From positions 32,001 through 96,000 of the IMG/VR virus record IMGVR_UViG_3300036783_000180: a stretch of DNA of 64,000 nucleotides. One strand, given 5' to 3'. The notes below the pieces were generated by a model, which worked only from the letters and a program-made list of their open reading frames with translations, had not been told where the DNA came from and searched no databases. A program made the position numbers and the translations under genes. Position 1 is the stretch's first letter. Every line of letters begins with the position of its first letter. Shown piece by piece: positions 19,460 to 30,465 of this stretch. The DNA comes from a virus (taxonomy: Duplodnaviria; Caudoviricetes).

Positions 19460-22400
19460 TCAATCTCTTTGCATCAGCAAGAATCTAGCGTAATCTTCTA
19501 ACGATGCATCTAATGCTTTTTCTAATTCTTTTACTCGTTCGGCTACAGAAGAAGTACCACTCTTTACATGGTTGTTGATGATCTTCTCTATCTCGTCTTT
19601 CGTTAAATCCTTATTCCATACAGTACTTATGTCTTCTTTTGGCGCTTTATCATTCTTATACAAATCACGTAACTCTTTAGAATCAGAAGCAATCATGACA
19701 ACGTTATTATGATTATCATGCATCTGTTTTAACTTCTCACGCAACTTATTCATATCTCCTTTTTGAACTACTTCACCAAAATCAGAAGCTTTCGCGGTCG
19801 TTTCTCCTAACATTACGGAATCCTCTATATCATTATAACTTTCTGGAGAGCGTAAGTAACCACCTGAAACGTTTGTTTTTACACCTTTCTGGAATTCGCC
19901 TTCATGCGTTACTCCTGTTACATAAAACACTATGTTCTCTCTCGTAGGCTCAAGCCATGCATTGAAGCCCGGTCTAATTGCAGGGTTCAGTGTAGTAAGC
20001 CCTACGTTAATCGTATGGGCGTTCGCTCTACTTAGATGCATAATGTACTTAGCGTACCTCTCCATCATCGTATCAACAGTATTTACACCGTCATTGACAT
20101 TCTTTAAATCATTACGTATCAGCAATTGTTCCGCGATGCGTAAGTTCATTTTGTACTTTCTTTCTTCTTCACTTAATGTAGGCTCGTAATTCGACTTAAA
20201 CTCAGGTAACTCAGTAGGATAGCTTTGCACTAAATGACCACCATCTGTAGGTGACATTCCACCACCGCCTCCACTATCTCCACCGGGATAAGCTGCGTCG
20301 CCTGTCACATGACCATCTATAGGTTTTACATCTTTACCTTGGCTTCGCACTCCACTGCCACGCTGAATCATTCTCATCCTAACAGTACGTTTTCCCCATC
20401 CATAAGCAGTATCATGATCTTTGGATAAAAGGTCAATATGCTTTACCTTAATCGCTCCACCTGTATCTAAGGCTACAGCAAGAAATTTAGCAGGGGCAGC
20501 AGGGTGAACATCACCAACCTGTTCGATTTCGACAATAGAATATAAAGGAATATATTTAGGGTCTACAGCTATAATTCGATACCCTTTATACAAAATAGTT
20601 CCTCTAATTGAAAAACCTACAGCAGTACTAAAACCACCTTGCAGTGGATCATCAGCGGCGTAGTAAGATGTACATAAAATGTTATCTGCCCATCCACCAC
20701 TATCCATAGCAGCTTTTAAAGAACCGCCGTCATTGACTTGCGCTTTTGTCGGTGGCCCGAAAGCTCGCGGTGAAGCAGCTATTCTAGGTTGTATCGATGG
20801 AGATAGCGCAGCTATTTTAGGTTGCATAGGCGCTTGCAATCCTTTTAATTGCGGTATTTGTATTACATCTTGCGTTGTTTTTAATGGTTTAGGTCCGAAC
20901 CTTTCCATAAGTGAACCAGAAGGAACAGTTGAGTTCCCGACCTTCCCTATGCAAGCATTGTATTCAGCAACTACATCTTTTAATAACATAGCGTAACTTT
21001 TACCGATTTTACCTAAAGCATCACCTGGATCTACACGTCGAGCAGGATCTAAGATTTGGTGAGAAGTTATAGAAGTGGCAGGGTTCAATTTAAAATGATA
21101 ACAAAGATAAGCAAGAACCCACACATATCGTTTGTACGCTTCTTCATTATTACCTGTCCCTTTTAATGAATAACAGAACTCTACACCTATTGCATTACTG
21201 TTCGGCTGCACTCCATATAGTTGTATAGCTTTCTGACTATCCCTAACGTGGTTAGCAGTTTCTGGTGTCCCTGTTATAGCAGGGACGCATTCTAATATGT
21301 TTTGCCAATCTACAAACATATGAGCCGAAGCGAAATCTTGATTACGACTATTCTCATAGTAATTAATGTTTTGCGGAGCAAATGATTCAGGAGAACCAAC
21401 ATCATGCGCTACGATGAATTTAACTTGCCCTAGTTTAGTCCCCGGCCTACGTTTACTAGGAGCAGTTAAATACTTGGTAGATATTGGATACTTCATATTG
21501 AAGTTAACACCAGAAGGAGGTGTCCAATTTCCGTTATCTATTGAACCAGCTTCTCCACCACCACCGTCAGCAGAACCACTTCCACCTACCATTTGCTTAC
21601 CATATATTTTCGCTTCGATAAATTGAGAAACATACTTACCTTTCTCCGGTGTACCAATGTAAAGTCCCATAGGAACAGAAGCGACCACTTGAGTCCCTAC
21701 GTCTGCTCCTGCTCTTAGGGAACTAGCCATAGCTTCACTCGTTCCGCCTTGCACAAGAACACGCGTGGGTTCTTCTTCCCAATTGTTATAATATGACGAA
21801 CTACTTACAATTGATTCATCTAATACATGCGTTTTTAAAATATCATCCTTCCAGGAAGGAGGTTTGATTTTAAACGTTCCGTCTCTATCTTGATAAAATT
21901 CAAAAGCTATTTGCGACAACAACTCGTTCAAGTACGTATAGAATGTATCTATTTTCGTAGCTTGAGAGAACGTAACGCCATCTAGCATACCTGCTGCTCT
22001 AAATACTTTATCTATATCACCCATTACTTTGAATCTGTTTTTTAAGCCTGTAAAATCGAATGTGGTATCACCTTTACCTATATCGTAATAAGACTTATGG
22101 ATTATATCGAATAAAGCTGCAATAAATTCTTGCACGCTCTTATCCTTCAATAATGTATCTTTTTGCAAATTAAACATTTCGTATGCTTGTTGCGAATTAA
22201 TATTTTGCGCTTCATATTGGAATCTCGTAGCGTTAACATACGAATCTTCTTTCGATATGTTCAAAGGAACAGCTATATCTAACCAATGATAAAAACCTTT
22301 TATATTAAAGGTAACGAGTCCTAAATACCCTCTACTTTCATTCCAAGACTTGTTTATAATCTCCCCTTCAAATAACATGCAAAACTTACCGCTGAATGGA

Positions 22401-22591
22401 TTTTTCCCAAACACCCTCACCTGATATAAATACAACTTTAACTTATCAAGAGCAGGAGTTTTGAGCATCGTCACAGTTCCTGTTGCACCGTCGGCAAACA
22501 ATCCTAGACTCGTTTTCCAATTGATAACGTAAGGGTCAACCCTTACGTTATCAAAATAGATAAGATAATCCGATTGTTCGATTAACATCAT
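19460..22591 (-). CDS. baseplate hub / tail lysin with Amidase_2 and 3D domains
   Basis: IVAHD, ASAHMFVD, IGVEFC, SHQ..DPG; 3D: IAVDPKYIPL..DTGGAIK..HIDL. Confidence 0.85.
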   Translation of the reverse strand: MMLIEQSDYLIYFDNVRVDPYVINWKTSLGLFADGATGTVTMLKTPALDKLKLYLYQVRVFGKNPFSGKFCMLFEGEIINKSWNESRGYLGLVTFNIKGFYHWLDIAVPLNISKEDSYVNATRFQYEAQNINSQQAYEMFNLQKDTLLKDKSVQEFIAALFDIIHKSYYDIGKGDTTFDFTGLKNRFKVMGDIDKVFRAAGMLDGVTFSQATKIDTFYTYLNELLSQIAFEFYQDRDGTFKIKPPSWKDDILKTHVLDESIVSSSSYYNNWEEEPTRVLVQGGTSEAMASSLRAGADVGTQVVASVPMGLYIGTPEKGKYVSQFIEAKIYGKQMVGGSGSADGGGGEAGSIDNGNWTPPSGVNFNMKYPISTKYLTAPSKRRPGTKLGQVKFIVAHDVGSPESFAPQNINYYENSRNQDFASAHMFVDWQNILECVPAITGTPETANHVRDSQKAIQLYGVQPNSNAIGVEFCYSLKGTGNNEEAYKRYVWVLAYLCYHFKLNPATSITSHQILDPARRVDPGDALGKIGKSYAMLLKDVVAEYNACIGKVGNSTVPSGSLMERFGPKPLKTTQDVIQIPQLKGLQAPMQPKIAALSPSIQPRIAASPRAFGPPTKAQVNDGGSLKAAMDSGGWADNILCTSYYAADDPLQGGFSTAVGFSIRGTILYKGYRIIAVDPKYIPLYSIVEIEQVGDVHPAAPAKFLAVALDTGGAIKVKHIDLLSKDHDTAYGWGKRTVRMRMIQRGSGVRSQGKDVKPIDGHVTGDAAYPGGDSGGGGGMSPTDGGHLVQSYPTELPEFKSNYEPTLSEEERKYKMNLRIAEQLLIRNDLKNVNDGVNTVDTMMERYAKYIMHLSRANAHTINVGLTTLNPAIRPGFNAWLEPTRENIVFYVTGVTHEGEFQKGVKTNVSGGYLRSPESYNDIEDSVMLGETTAKASDFGEVVQKGDMNKLREKLKQMHDNHNNVVMIASDSKELRDLYKNDKAPKEDISTVWNKDLTKDEIEKIINNHVKSGTSSVAERVKELEKALDASLEDYARFLLMQRD

Positions 22592-22604
22592 AGACTATCA
22601 CCTC

Positions 22605-25600
22605 TTAAAATTTCTGCATCAACAAGTGCTTCACAAAGAATTCCTCGGAATCAGAGATAGCTTTTTCGATTTCTTTCGCTCTCTCTTTAATTAATTTAGG
22701 AGCTTTGCTATACACATTTTGTATTTGCTTGTTTAATTCATCGTCTGTAAATTCCTTATTCCAAATCGTCGCATAATTACCTACTTTGTCCTCAGGTATT
22801 GTATACAATTCTCTCAACAAATCAATCTCACTAGCATCAGCAACAACACTTTCATTGTTAGCATGTAGTGTTTTTAACCTATTTCGCAGGTCATCCATTT
22901 TGTCTTTTTCAACAACAGCACCAAAATCTTTAGCTGTAGTATTAGCCAATCCAACAAATACAGAAGCATCTATCTCATCATATTTACCCGGTTCTCTAAT
23001 ATAACCACCACTCACAGAACTTGCACAACCATTACCATAAGAACCATGATGCGAGATTCCCGTAATATAAAATACAATATCCTGTCTAGTCGGCTCAAGC
23101 CATGCATTATAACCCGGACGTAAATTGGGAAGACATGCATTTAATGTAACTTGTATATTGTGCGATTGCGCCCTAGAAATATACATAATGTACTTAGCAT
23201 AATCCTCAAGAACTTTATCTAAGCTTTTCGCTTCCACACCATTTAAGTCATTCTTAATCAACTGTTGTTCTACAATCTTTAAATTCATTTTATATTTCTT
23301 TTCTTCATCACTCAACATCGCTCTATAATTAGATTCAAAGTCAGGTAGCGATGTATTTGTAGCAGAACCCGGGAACATAATACTTTCGTTTTGGTTCGGA
23401 TTCATTGGATCGAAGTTTTTATTCGGGTCACCTTCGACATAATTACCGTCAAATAACGCAGTATACTCTTTAATTACACTATCAACGAATTTTAGTTCTG
23501 TCTTCCCTGCATCGCTTCCTTCTAATGATTTACGAGCATTTTTGAAGTTTAATCCACCCTCCGTTTTGGTTGCTAATTCTTGAACTGTACCCATTTCCCC
23601 ACGGTAGTAAGCTAATAAAGAAAATGTAACTTTACCTTTAAAACGTTCCATACATTTCGAGAAGAATTCAGAACCCTTATCAATCGATGTAAAACCGAAC
23701 TTTTTATCGTCTTCTTTCATCATATCTTTACCAAAATGCTCTTTATTGACACCCATCAAACCTATATGTGTCTTATTATCAAACGACATATTCCAGTTTG
23801 ATTGATACGAAATAATACAACAAAGTAAGTTACCTTCAACACCATGAGGATTTTGACTTAAAGCCATCCCATAGAATACACCCTTTTGCGGTACTTTGTA
23901 TTTTAATTCTCGTTTCGGATCATACTTAACAGGTTTAGGTTCAACCTTCTTTTGCATCTCATTAAGTTGATCTAACACGCTTGGTATTTTAATAGGATTA
24001 TTAAGGTCTGGTACAAAGTTAATAGCAGGAGTTGCCACTCTAGGTGAAAGCGACATCGCTTTTTTTACACCTAATTTATCCATAGGATTAATAACCATAC
24101 TATTATTGTTATTGCCACCCTTCAAGCCGAACGGATCATCTTTCTTAGAATTGTCAGCTTGTGTTTTTACAGGACTTCCACCACTTCCACCACTTCCACC
24201 ACTTGACTTTTGTTGTCCTGCACCACTATCTTTCATCTTCTTTAAAAATTCAACAGGATTTAAATCTTTACCGCCATTATGTCTATCGCCTTCCCAAATT
24301 TCAAAGTGAAGGTGAGGTCCTGTAGATTCGCCCGTATTACCAGATATCCCTAACTCTTGACCAGGAGATACATTATCCCCTACTTTCACAGAGAACTTAC
24401 TCATATGCATATACACAAACTGATGCATTTTACCATTGAGATCTTGCTCTACAATTATCCAGTTACCAGCTGTAACTGAACCCTTATTCGCTAACGTAAC
24501 TTTTCCATGCGTTCCGATGCTAAGTATCGGTTGGTATCTAAAGCCGTAGTCGGTACCTTTATGACTTGGATTTTTACTTTGTGCAGTTCTATGTTTTTGT
24601 GTAATAGGATATTGATCTAAGTTATCAAACCACCCACCAGCTACTCCGCCTACAAAATTACTACCATCATTCACTCCACTAGGAGGTGCCATTCCATAAT
24701 CTTTCATAAAACGTTGTATACGTTGTGAGAAGAATTCGCCTTTCTCCGGTGTACCAATGTAGAGTCCCATCGGAACATCACCAAGAAATTGAGAAGCACC
24801 TGGACTACCCGGTACAGTAGTCGCTTGTAGTAATTCACTCGTGCCGCCTTTCGCCAAAACACGAGTTGGTTCAGATTCCCAATTACTCATTCCAGAAACA
24901 TTCTGCACTAAGAATTCATCAAGTACATGGTTTTTTAAAATGTTTTCCGACCAACTAGGTGGTTTGATTTTAAATGTACCATCCCTATCTTGAAAGAACT
25001 CAAACATCATTTGAGATAGCATTTCGTTTAAATACACATAAAACGAATCAATTTGTGTAGCCGTTACGAATGTTACGGTATCTAAAAAACCCGCTTGTCT
25101 AAACGTTTCATTCATTTCACCTAGCACTTTGAATCGATTCTTCAAATCTACAAAATCAAAGGCAGTTTCATTTTTACCTAAATCAAAATAACCAGTGTGT
25201 ATTTGTTCCAATAGTAAATCGATAATTTGTTGAATTGTCTTTTCTTTAAACAACATATCCTTTTGCGTAATGAAATTTTTCAATATATTTTCCGTATTGA
25301 TATTTTGCGCTTCATATAGAAAACGTTTCGCGTTAACGAATTCGTCATAAGTGTTAATCATTAACGGAACAGAAATGTTAAGCCAGTGATAATAACCACG
25401 AACCGCATAAGTTACAGTGCCTACATTAGCTCTACTGCTACTATGACTACGATTTATAATTTCCCCATCGAACACCATTGCAAATTTCTTTGTAAAAATG
25501 TTTCTAGCAAAAATTTTAACTTGTGCCAAATACGGTTTTATCTTGTCTAACGCAGGAGAACGATATAGCGTAATTGCCGCATTAGCATCAGAAGCAAATA

Positions 25601-25691
25601 AGCCCAATCTACTATTCCAGTCGATAATGTATGGATCAACACGAACATTATCTATATAAATTCTATAATCACTTGTTTGTATCAGATTCAT
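22605..25691 (-). CDS. baseplate hub / tail lysin with M23 peptidase and degenerate SLT domain
   Basis: HKGTD, YMHM, STGPHLHFE; SLT-like ISYQSNWN..GLMGV..LLAYYRG; termini paralogous to 19460..22591. Confidence 0.85.
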   Translation of the reverse strand: MNLIQTSDYRIYIDNVRVDPYIIDWNSRLGLFASDANAAITLYRSPALDKIKPYLAQVKIFARNIFTKKFAMVFDGEIINRSHSSSRANVGTVTYAVRGYYHWLNISVPLMINTYDEFVNAKRFLYEAQNINTENILKNFITQKDMLFKEKTIQQIIDLLLEQIHTGYFDLGKNETAFDFVDLKNRFKVLGEMNETFRQAGFLDTVTFVTATQIDSFYVYLNEMLSQMMFEFFQDRDGTFKIKPPSWSENILKNHVLDEFLVQNVSGMSNWESEPTRVLAKGGTSELLQATTVPGSPGASQFLGDVPMGLYIGTPEKGEFFSQRIQRFMKDYGMAPPSGVNDGSNFVGGVAGGWFDNLDQYPITQKHRTAQSKNPSHKGTDYGFRYQPILSIGTHGKVTLANKGSVTAGNWIIVEQDLNGKMHQFVYMHMSKFSVKVGDNVSPGQELGISGNTGESTGPHLHFEIWEGDRHNGGKDLNPVEFLKKMKDSGAGQQKSSGGSGGSGGSPVKTQADNSKKDDPFGLKGGNNNNSMVINPMDKLGVKKAMSLSPRVATPAINFVPDLNNPIKIPSVLDQLNEMQKKVEPKPVKYDPKRELKYKVPQKGVFYGMALSQNPHGVEGNLLCCIISYQSNWNMSFDNKTHIGLMGVNKEHFGKDMMKEDDKKFGFTSIDKGSEFFSKCMERFKGKVTFSLLAYYRGEMGTVQELATKTEGGLNFKNARKSLEGSDAGKTELKFVDSVIKEYTALFDGNYVEGDPNKNFDPMNPNQNESIMFPGSATNTSLPDFESNYRAMLSDEEKKYKMNLKIVEQQLIKNDLNGVEAKSLDKVLEDYAKYIMYISRAQSHNIQVTLNACLPNLRPGYNAWLEPTRQDIVFYITGISHHGSYGNGCASSVSGGYIREPGKYDEIDASVFVGLANTTAKDFGAVVEKDKMDDLRNRLKTLHANNESVVADASEIDLLRELYTIPEDKVGNYATIWNKEFTDDELNKQIQNVYSKAPKLIKERAKEIEKAISDSEEFFVKHLLMQKF

Positions 25692-25718
25692 AAAATCACT
25701 CCTTATAATGACAAAACC

Positions 25719-27002
25719 CTATCCGCCGATAGGGTTTTTAATCACGTTCTTAATATCACTTAGCCAATCAGTTTCCTTTTGACCATCCCTACCGTGGATA
25801 ACAGGAATACTATTGACTTCTGAAGGACTTAATCCTTTCTCACTAAGCACCATAAATTGCAATTGGAACTTACGATGCAAGGATTCTTCTTGTCTATCCG
25901 AATAACTAAAACTAGCTATCAGACCTTTGTATAATCTCTCTTTATAGAACAACTCACAGATAGCCATTGTGTAATGATTGCCACTTTTACTAGGCTCGAT
26001 AAACTTCTTATAGTGTTCTAAAAACTTATCAAACTCTCTATTGGTCTTCGTGTCCAACCAATAACCAGCTATATTTAATACTGATAAATTAGCTCCGGCT
26101 AAATTAAAGAACCAACCGCCATTTGATTTTTGAGATTGAATAGCATTACTGTAACTACCGTTAACAGACATAACACGCATTTCCATATGGAGTGTAGTGC
26201 CGTTACTCTTAACTCGTAATATCGGACGTCTATAATTGGGTTGTTCAAATGCAGGCAACCTAGTAGGGACACTAGCCGAACTATACGCAACAGATGCAGC
26301 GACTGGAGGTACAGGTAGCTGTATTCCGTAACTAGACATTTCAGTAGCACTCACGCTGTTTTGGACTTCTCCAGCAGCAACTGCTACAGGACTAATATTA
26401 TTAGGAACATCACCACTAGCAACCGCTATACTTTGAGCAGAGAATCGAGTGGCAACTTTTAGAGCTGGAGCTTCTTCAATAACACCGCCAGTGATCTCCA
26501 GTAATTTTTCAGGTAATGGAATAAATAAAACTGTTTCTTCATCAGATTCTACCCATTCGTTCGGGCCTATTAGCCACTTCTTACCTTTCAAATCAGAGAA
26601 GCCAAACACATACCTTACTTCTCCTTCTTGCATATCTCTGACCCTCATTATATCCGTTCCGTTTCGTACAGTTCTATACAACGGAACTTTTTCTAGTACT
26701 TCTAACGTTCCTATTTGACCAATACGAACGAGTCTATTTTTATACTTAGTTTCTGCAATCAAATCACTACGATGGTATAAGTCGATAGATTTATCTAAAC
26801 TATCAGCACTTTGTTCAGCGGCAACTTCAGACTGTTCCTGAGAATACTCAGAAACAGTCCTAACCTTAACTTTCGTCCTTTCTGGAACAAAGTAAGGGCT
26901 CTTTATCTCAGGGTTGTCTCTCCAAAGGATAGAAACCTTAGAATTAAATCGATATGCCACGCTATATAAATTTTCGCCACGTTGTGTAGTATATGTTATC
27001 AT
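25719..27002 (-). CDS. LysM-domain baseplate/tube-initiator protein
   Basis: N-terminal YTTQRGENLYSVAYRF..NPEI LysM; position after tape measure. Confidence 0.7.
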   Translation of the reverse strand: MITYTTQRGENLYSVAYRFNSKVSILWRDNPEIKSPYFVPERTKVKVRTVSEYSQEQSEVAAEQSADSLDKSIDLYHRSDLIAETKYKNRLVRIGQIGTLEVLEKVPLYRTVRNGTDIMRVRDMQEGEVRYVFGFSDLKGKKWLIGPNEWVESDEETVLFIPLPEKLLEITGGVIEEAPALKVATRFSAQSIAVASGDVPNNISPVAVAAGEVQNSVSATEMSSYGIQLPVPPVAASVAYSSASVPTRLPAFEQPNYRRPILRVKSNGTTLHMEMRVMSVNGSYSNAIQSQKSNGGWFFNLAGANLSVLNIAGYWLDTKTNREFDKFLEHYKKFIEPSKSGNHYTMAICELFYKERLYKGLIASFSYSDRQEESLHRKFQLQFMVLSEKGLSPSEVNSIPVIHGRDGQKETDWLSDIKNVIKNPIGG

Positions 27003-27292
27003 TTTGCGTCACGATCCTTTCTAAAGAGTGGACCAGAAGAAAATAAGGCGTACACATCATCCACTTGAGTTTGTAATGAATACATAGAAATAGCTTCTGC
27101 TGCATCATTATCAATTTCATTTAGGATACGTGCTTCTTCATGTTGTGGCAATCGTCCTGTATTCACAGATAGGAAATCATTCATTTGTGCATTTCGGACA
27201 ATCAACTCATCGCCATTTGTTCGTAACATACGGTCAATGTCATGCGAATTGAATTCTTGAAGCCTTAGATTTCTATACGCTCTTCTGTTCAA
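26999..27292 (-). CDS. hypothetical protein
   Basis: AGGTGG SD, TTG start, coupled to next gene. Confidence 0.6.
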   Translation of the reverse strand: MNRRAYRNLRLQEFNSHDIDRMLRTNGDELIVRNAQMNDFLSVNTGRLPQHEEARILNEIDNDAAEAISMYSLQTQVDDVYALFSSGPLFRKDRDAK

Positions 27293-27304
27293 TTATAGCA
27301 CCAC

Positions 27305-30300
27305 CTATCCTGTAAATGTGTTCTTAGTTCGATAAGAACCGTTTTTAATGCTCTTTGTAGCTTCATCTAATTTTTTCGCTTCGCCCACCATCGCATTAAC
27401 GAAGTTATCCATAGCTTTCTCATGCTTGTCAGCCGCCTTCTTAGAATCCTTGCCACCATCTTTATTTTCCTTGCCATTGACGATACTATCATCATCATCT
27501 TTATCCTTGTGACCTTGACGAATAATATCATTACTCAAGCTATTAAATACTTTTTGAGCATCAACAGTTTGACCGTTATCATCCAGTAAGTCTTGGTACT
27601 TAATTTGCCCTTGCGTTTTAGCTTCCATCGCTTTAGCGATTTTTGTTAACTTTTCAGGGCTCATATTTTCGAATATTTCTTTACCTTGTTTGTACATAGC
27701 TTCGGATTGATCTATAGAATCGTTGACGGATATCTTACCATCCTTCAATTGTTCTTTATAAGTATCGCCGTATTTTTCATACGACTTGAACAATGCATTC
27801 AATTCATCTTCATCCATAGCGCCAGATATACCTACGAAACTTTTTAAATCTCCTGCAAGTCTAGCGTAACCTTCAGATTGCCTTCCAAGGTCTTTCATGC
27901 TCTTTGTAGCGTCTTTTTGTTCATCTTTCTTCTTAGTAAATGACTCGTATTTCTCTGCTAATTTAATGATATCATCGCTTTTGGTCATTTCTTTAACTTT
28001 ATCTATTTCACCAGATTTAATTAAGCTCTCTAGTTTTGCGTAGTCCTTTTTATCCACATCGTTCATTTTAGATCCACTAAAAACTTTCTTAAACTCTTTG
28101 CTTAATTTTTCGCCTTCTTTATCCAACTCTTTCGTACTTGCTTCTATACCTTTCAACGCTTCATTGTAATTGGTATTTCCATTTACTTTAAAGTTACCTT
28201 TTTCTAAATCTTTTCCACTACCGAACCAAGGTGTTTCAGGAGTAAAGGCGATAGACGTTCTATCGTAAGCTTGCTTTAATGTACCTGTGACTCCATCGTA
28301 TTCACCCGTAGCCTTATTCAAAGCGTAATCCGCACGTTGTTTATCGATGCCTTTGAGTTGCCCATCATTAATTTGGTCTTTCAATTTACGCAAGCTAGAA
28401 CCGGTAATTGTATCGTCATCAATACTATCTATAATTCCGCTAAAGGAGTCTTTGGATATACGTGCTCTTTCGTCCTTCTTGAAATCATTCAGATTAATTT
28501 TACCTTTTTCCATTTGTTGCAATCGTAGGTTTTCATCGTAGTCTCTTTCTAAGATATCTTTCGATTGTAAACGTTGCGCATCTCTTTCGAGAACCTTGTT
28601 AATTTTATCAACCCGTTCTTTCGTACCTTTACCTAAATCTTCTTCACCGAACTCATTCAACAGTGTACCACCGATAATACTTCTATCTCCTATACCTGTC
28701 TGCCACTTTTGGAAACTTGTAGAGAAATCAGCGATTTCGTCACCAACGTATTGTCCAAAGTCACCTAAATGAGAAGATACATTTCGTCTCCACCAATACT
28801 TAGCTGATTTAACCATTCCGGTTGTGTTGGATTGCGCTTGAGCATCCATTTCTTCTCGAATGGATTTAGCGTTAAGGGCGTTATACACATCCCCTTGACT
28901 CAAACTTTGTGATTGTGCATCGAACAATTTCGCTTGTTCAGCGCTTAAATTAGGTAATAGAGTCTTGATAGCAGTTTCCCTGTTCTCAAACTTACCTCCA
29001 GCCATAGCAGCATCAACCATCGAGTTCATTGCTTGCGATATTTGTTGCCCTGTCTTGTCTGTTAATAAGTTTTCTGAAATAGTTGTTCTTATCGTAAATT
29101 GATCTTCAGGACTAAGTTGGCTTAATTGACTGCTTGTTTTTCTAGCTAATTCATTAACATCCATACTTCCCGATGCTAACCCATCACTAATTTCTTTCAT
29201 CTTTTTGTTGTCTATCTTAAATCCATCTTCAGTCTTCTCGACCGCTTGACCATACAAACCAACAAGAAGTTCCTTACCTTTGTCACCTTCAATGAATTGA
29301 CGTGTTAAATTATCAAATCCGATAGCAACTTGATCCGACCCACCACTATTTTTAATTAAGTGATACATTGAATCGTTGCCCTCTTTTTTATACTTCTCTT
29401 CCAGTTTTGTCATGGAATAGGCAGAAGCAGTCAAATCACCAATGACTTTATTTGGATCAATGGCAGTACCTTGTACAATTTGGTCAGTTGCCCCTAAGAA
29501 CTTTTGAGCCGCTTTATCAGCATCGATACCTAAGAAAGAGCCTGTTACTTTCATCTTCGCAGAAACAGTAGACATATTCTCTACGCCTACCCCACGACGT
29601 TCCATCTCACCCATAAATGCAGTAGCTTCTTCGATAGATTGATTCATTGTTAACGTAATTTGTTTCACTTGATCTACAATGTTATCAAACTTTTTCTTAA
29701 AGCTTTCGATATCCGTAGCACTTTTTAATAACTTGTTATCTAAAGCACCATTTAATATTTTTTGCATCTCTTGGTCTTCTAATAACTTTTCGGGTGCCAA
29801 ATGTCTGATGTGTTTCGCTAGGTCCTGTCGGTCATTTAAGTTGATCCCAGCACCACCAAATTCATTCGTGGACTCCATCGCATTTAAAGCTTTGTGCCCT
29901 TTTTTACGTAGGATTTCTTGTATTGCAGAAGAAGAATCAGCGCCATCTGTAATTGCACCAATCGTACCGCCTACGAGTGCCCCTCCTGCCGCTCCGACTG
30001 CCAACGAAGGCAATAAGCCCGGAACAAAGAAAGAACCTGCAAACGCAGCACCTTGCGCTAATGCAGAACCACCACCGATTACCTTATCTTGAATTGATTT
30101 CGTTTGTTCAGCAAACATATCAGAAGTGCTTTCTTTTGAATTCCTACTTGCATCGTATTCAAAGAAGTTCCCTACCGTTTGCGCTACAAAACCGTCCTTC
30201 GCATCGTAGTTCTTTTTGCCACTACCATAAACAGCTGGAGAAGAAGCCATTAAAGGTTCATATGTAGCGTACCCATTATAAGGACGCATAGCAGGAGTAG

Positions 30301-30460
30301 GTGTATTCGCCATCGATTGTGCTTGCGCTAAAGCCGAAGTCATTGCAGTCTTTTCTGCATCAGGTTGCGCCTTTTGTAACTGTTGTGTCCCTTGCATACT
30401 TTGCAACAACATATTTTGCGTGTTTATGACCTGCATTAACGCACTGTTATCCATTTCCAT
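27305..30460 (-). CDS. tail tape measure protein
   Basis: about 1050 aa, helical, Gly/Ala hydrophobic stretch; follows chaperones; ATG 30460 after GAGGGGTG. Confidence 0.85.
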   Translation of the reverse strand: MEMDNSALMQVINTQNMLLQSMQGTQQLQKAQPDAEKTAMTSALAQAQSMANTPTPAMRPYNGYATYEPLMASSPAVYGSGKKNYDAKDGFVAQTVGNFFEYDASRNSKESTSDMFAEQTKSIQDKVIGGGSALAQGAAFAGSFFVPGLLPSLAVGAAGGALVGGTIGAITDGADSSSAIQEILRKKGHKALNAMESTNEFGGAGINLNDRQDLAKHIRHLAPEKLLEDQEMQKILNGALDNKLLKSATDIESFKKKFDNIVDQVKQITLTMNQSIEEATAFMGEMERRGVGVENMSTVSAKMKVTGSFLGIDADKAAQKFLGATDQIVQGTAIDPNKVIGDLTASAYSMTKLEEKYKKEGNDSMYHLIKNSGGSDQVAIGFDNLTRQFIEGDKGKELLVGLYGQAVEKTEDGFKIDNKKMKEISDGLASGSMDVNELARKTSSQLSQLSPEDQFTIRTTISENLLTDKTGQQISQAMNSMVDAAMAGGKFENRETAIKTLLPNLSAEQAKLFDAQSQSLSQGDVYNALNAKSIREEMDAQAQSNTTGMVKSAKYWWRRNVSSHLGDFGQYVGDEIADFSTSFQKWQTGIGDRSIIGGTLLNEFGEEDLGKGTKERVDKINKVLERDAQRLQSKDILERDYDENLRLQQMEKGKINLNDFKKDERARISKDSFSGIIDSIDDDTITGSSLRKLKDQINDGQLKGIDKQRADYALNKATGEYDGVTGTLKQAYDRTSIAFTPETPWFGSGKDLEKGNFKVNGNTNYNEALKGIEASTKELDKEGEKLSKEFKKVFSGSKMNDVDKKDYAKLESLIKSGEIDKVKEMTKSDDIIKLAEKYESFTKKKDEQKDATKSMKDLGRQSEGYARLAGDLKSFVGISGAMDEDELNALFKSYEKYGDTYKEQLKDGKISVNDSIDQSEAMYKQGKEIFENMSPEKLTKIAKAMEAKTQGQIKYQDLLDDNGQTVDAQKVFNSLSNDIIRQGHKDKDDDDSIVNGKENKDGGKDSKKAADKHEKAMDNFVNAMVGEAKKLDEATKSIKNGSYRTKNTFTG

Positions 30461-30465
30461 ATTTA

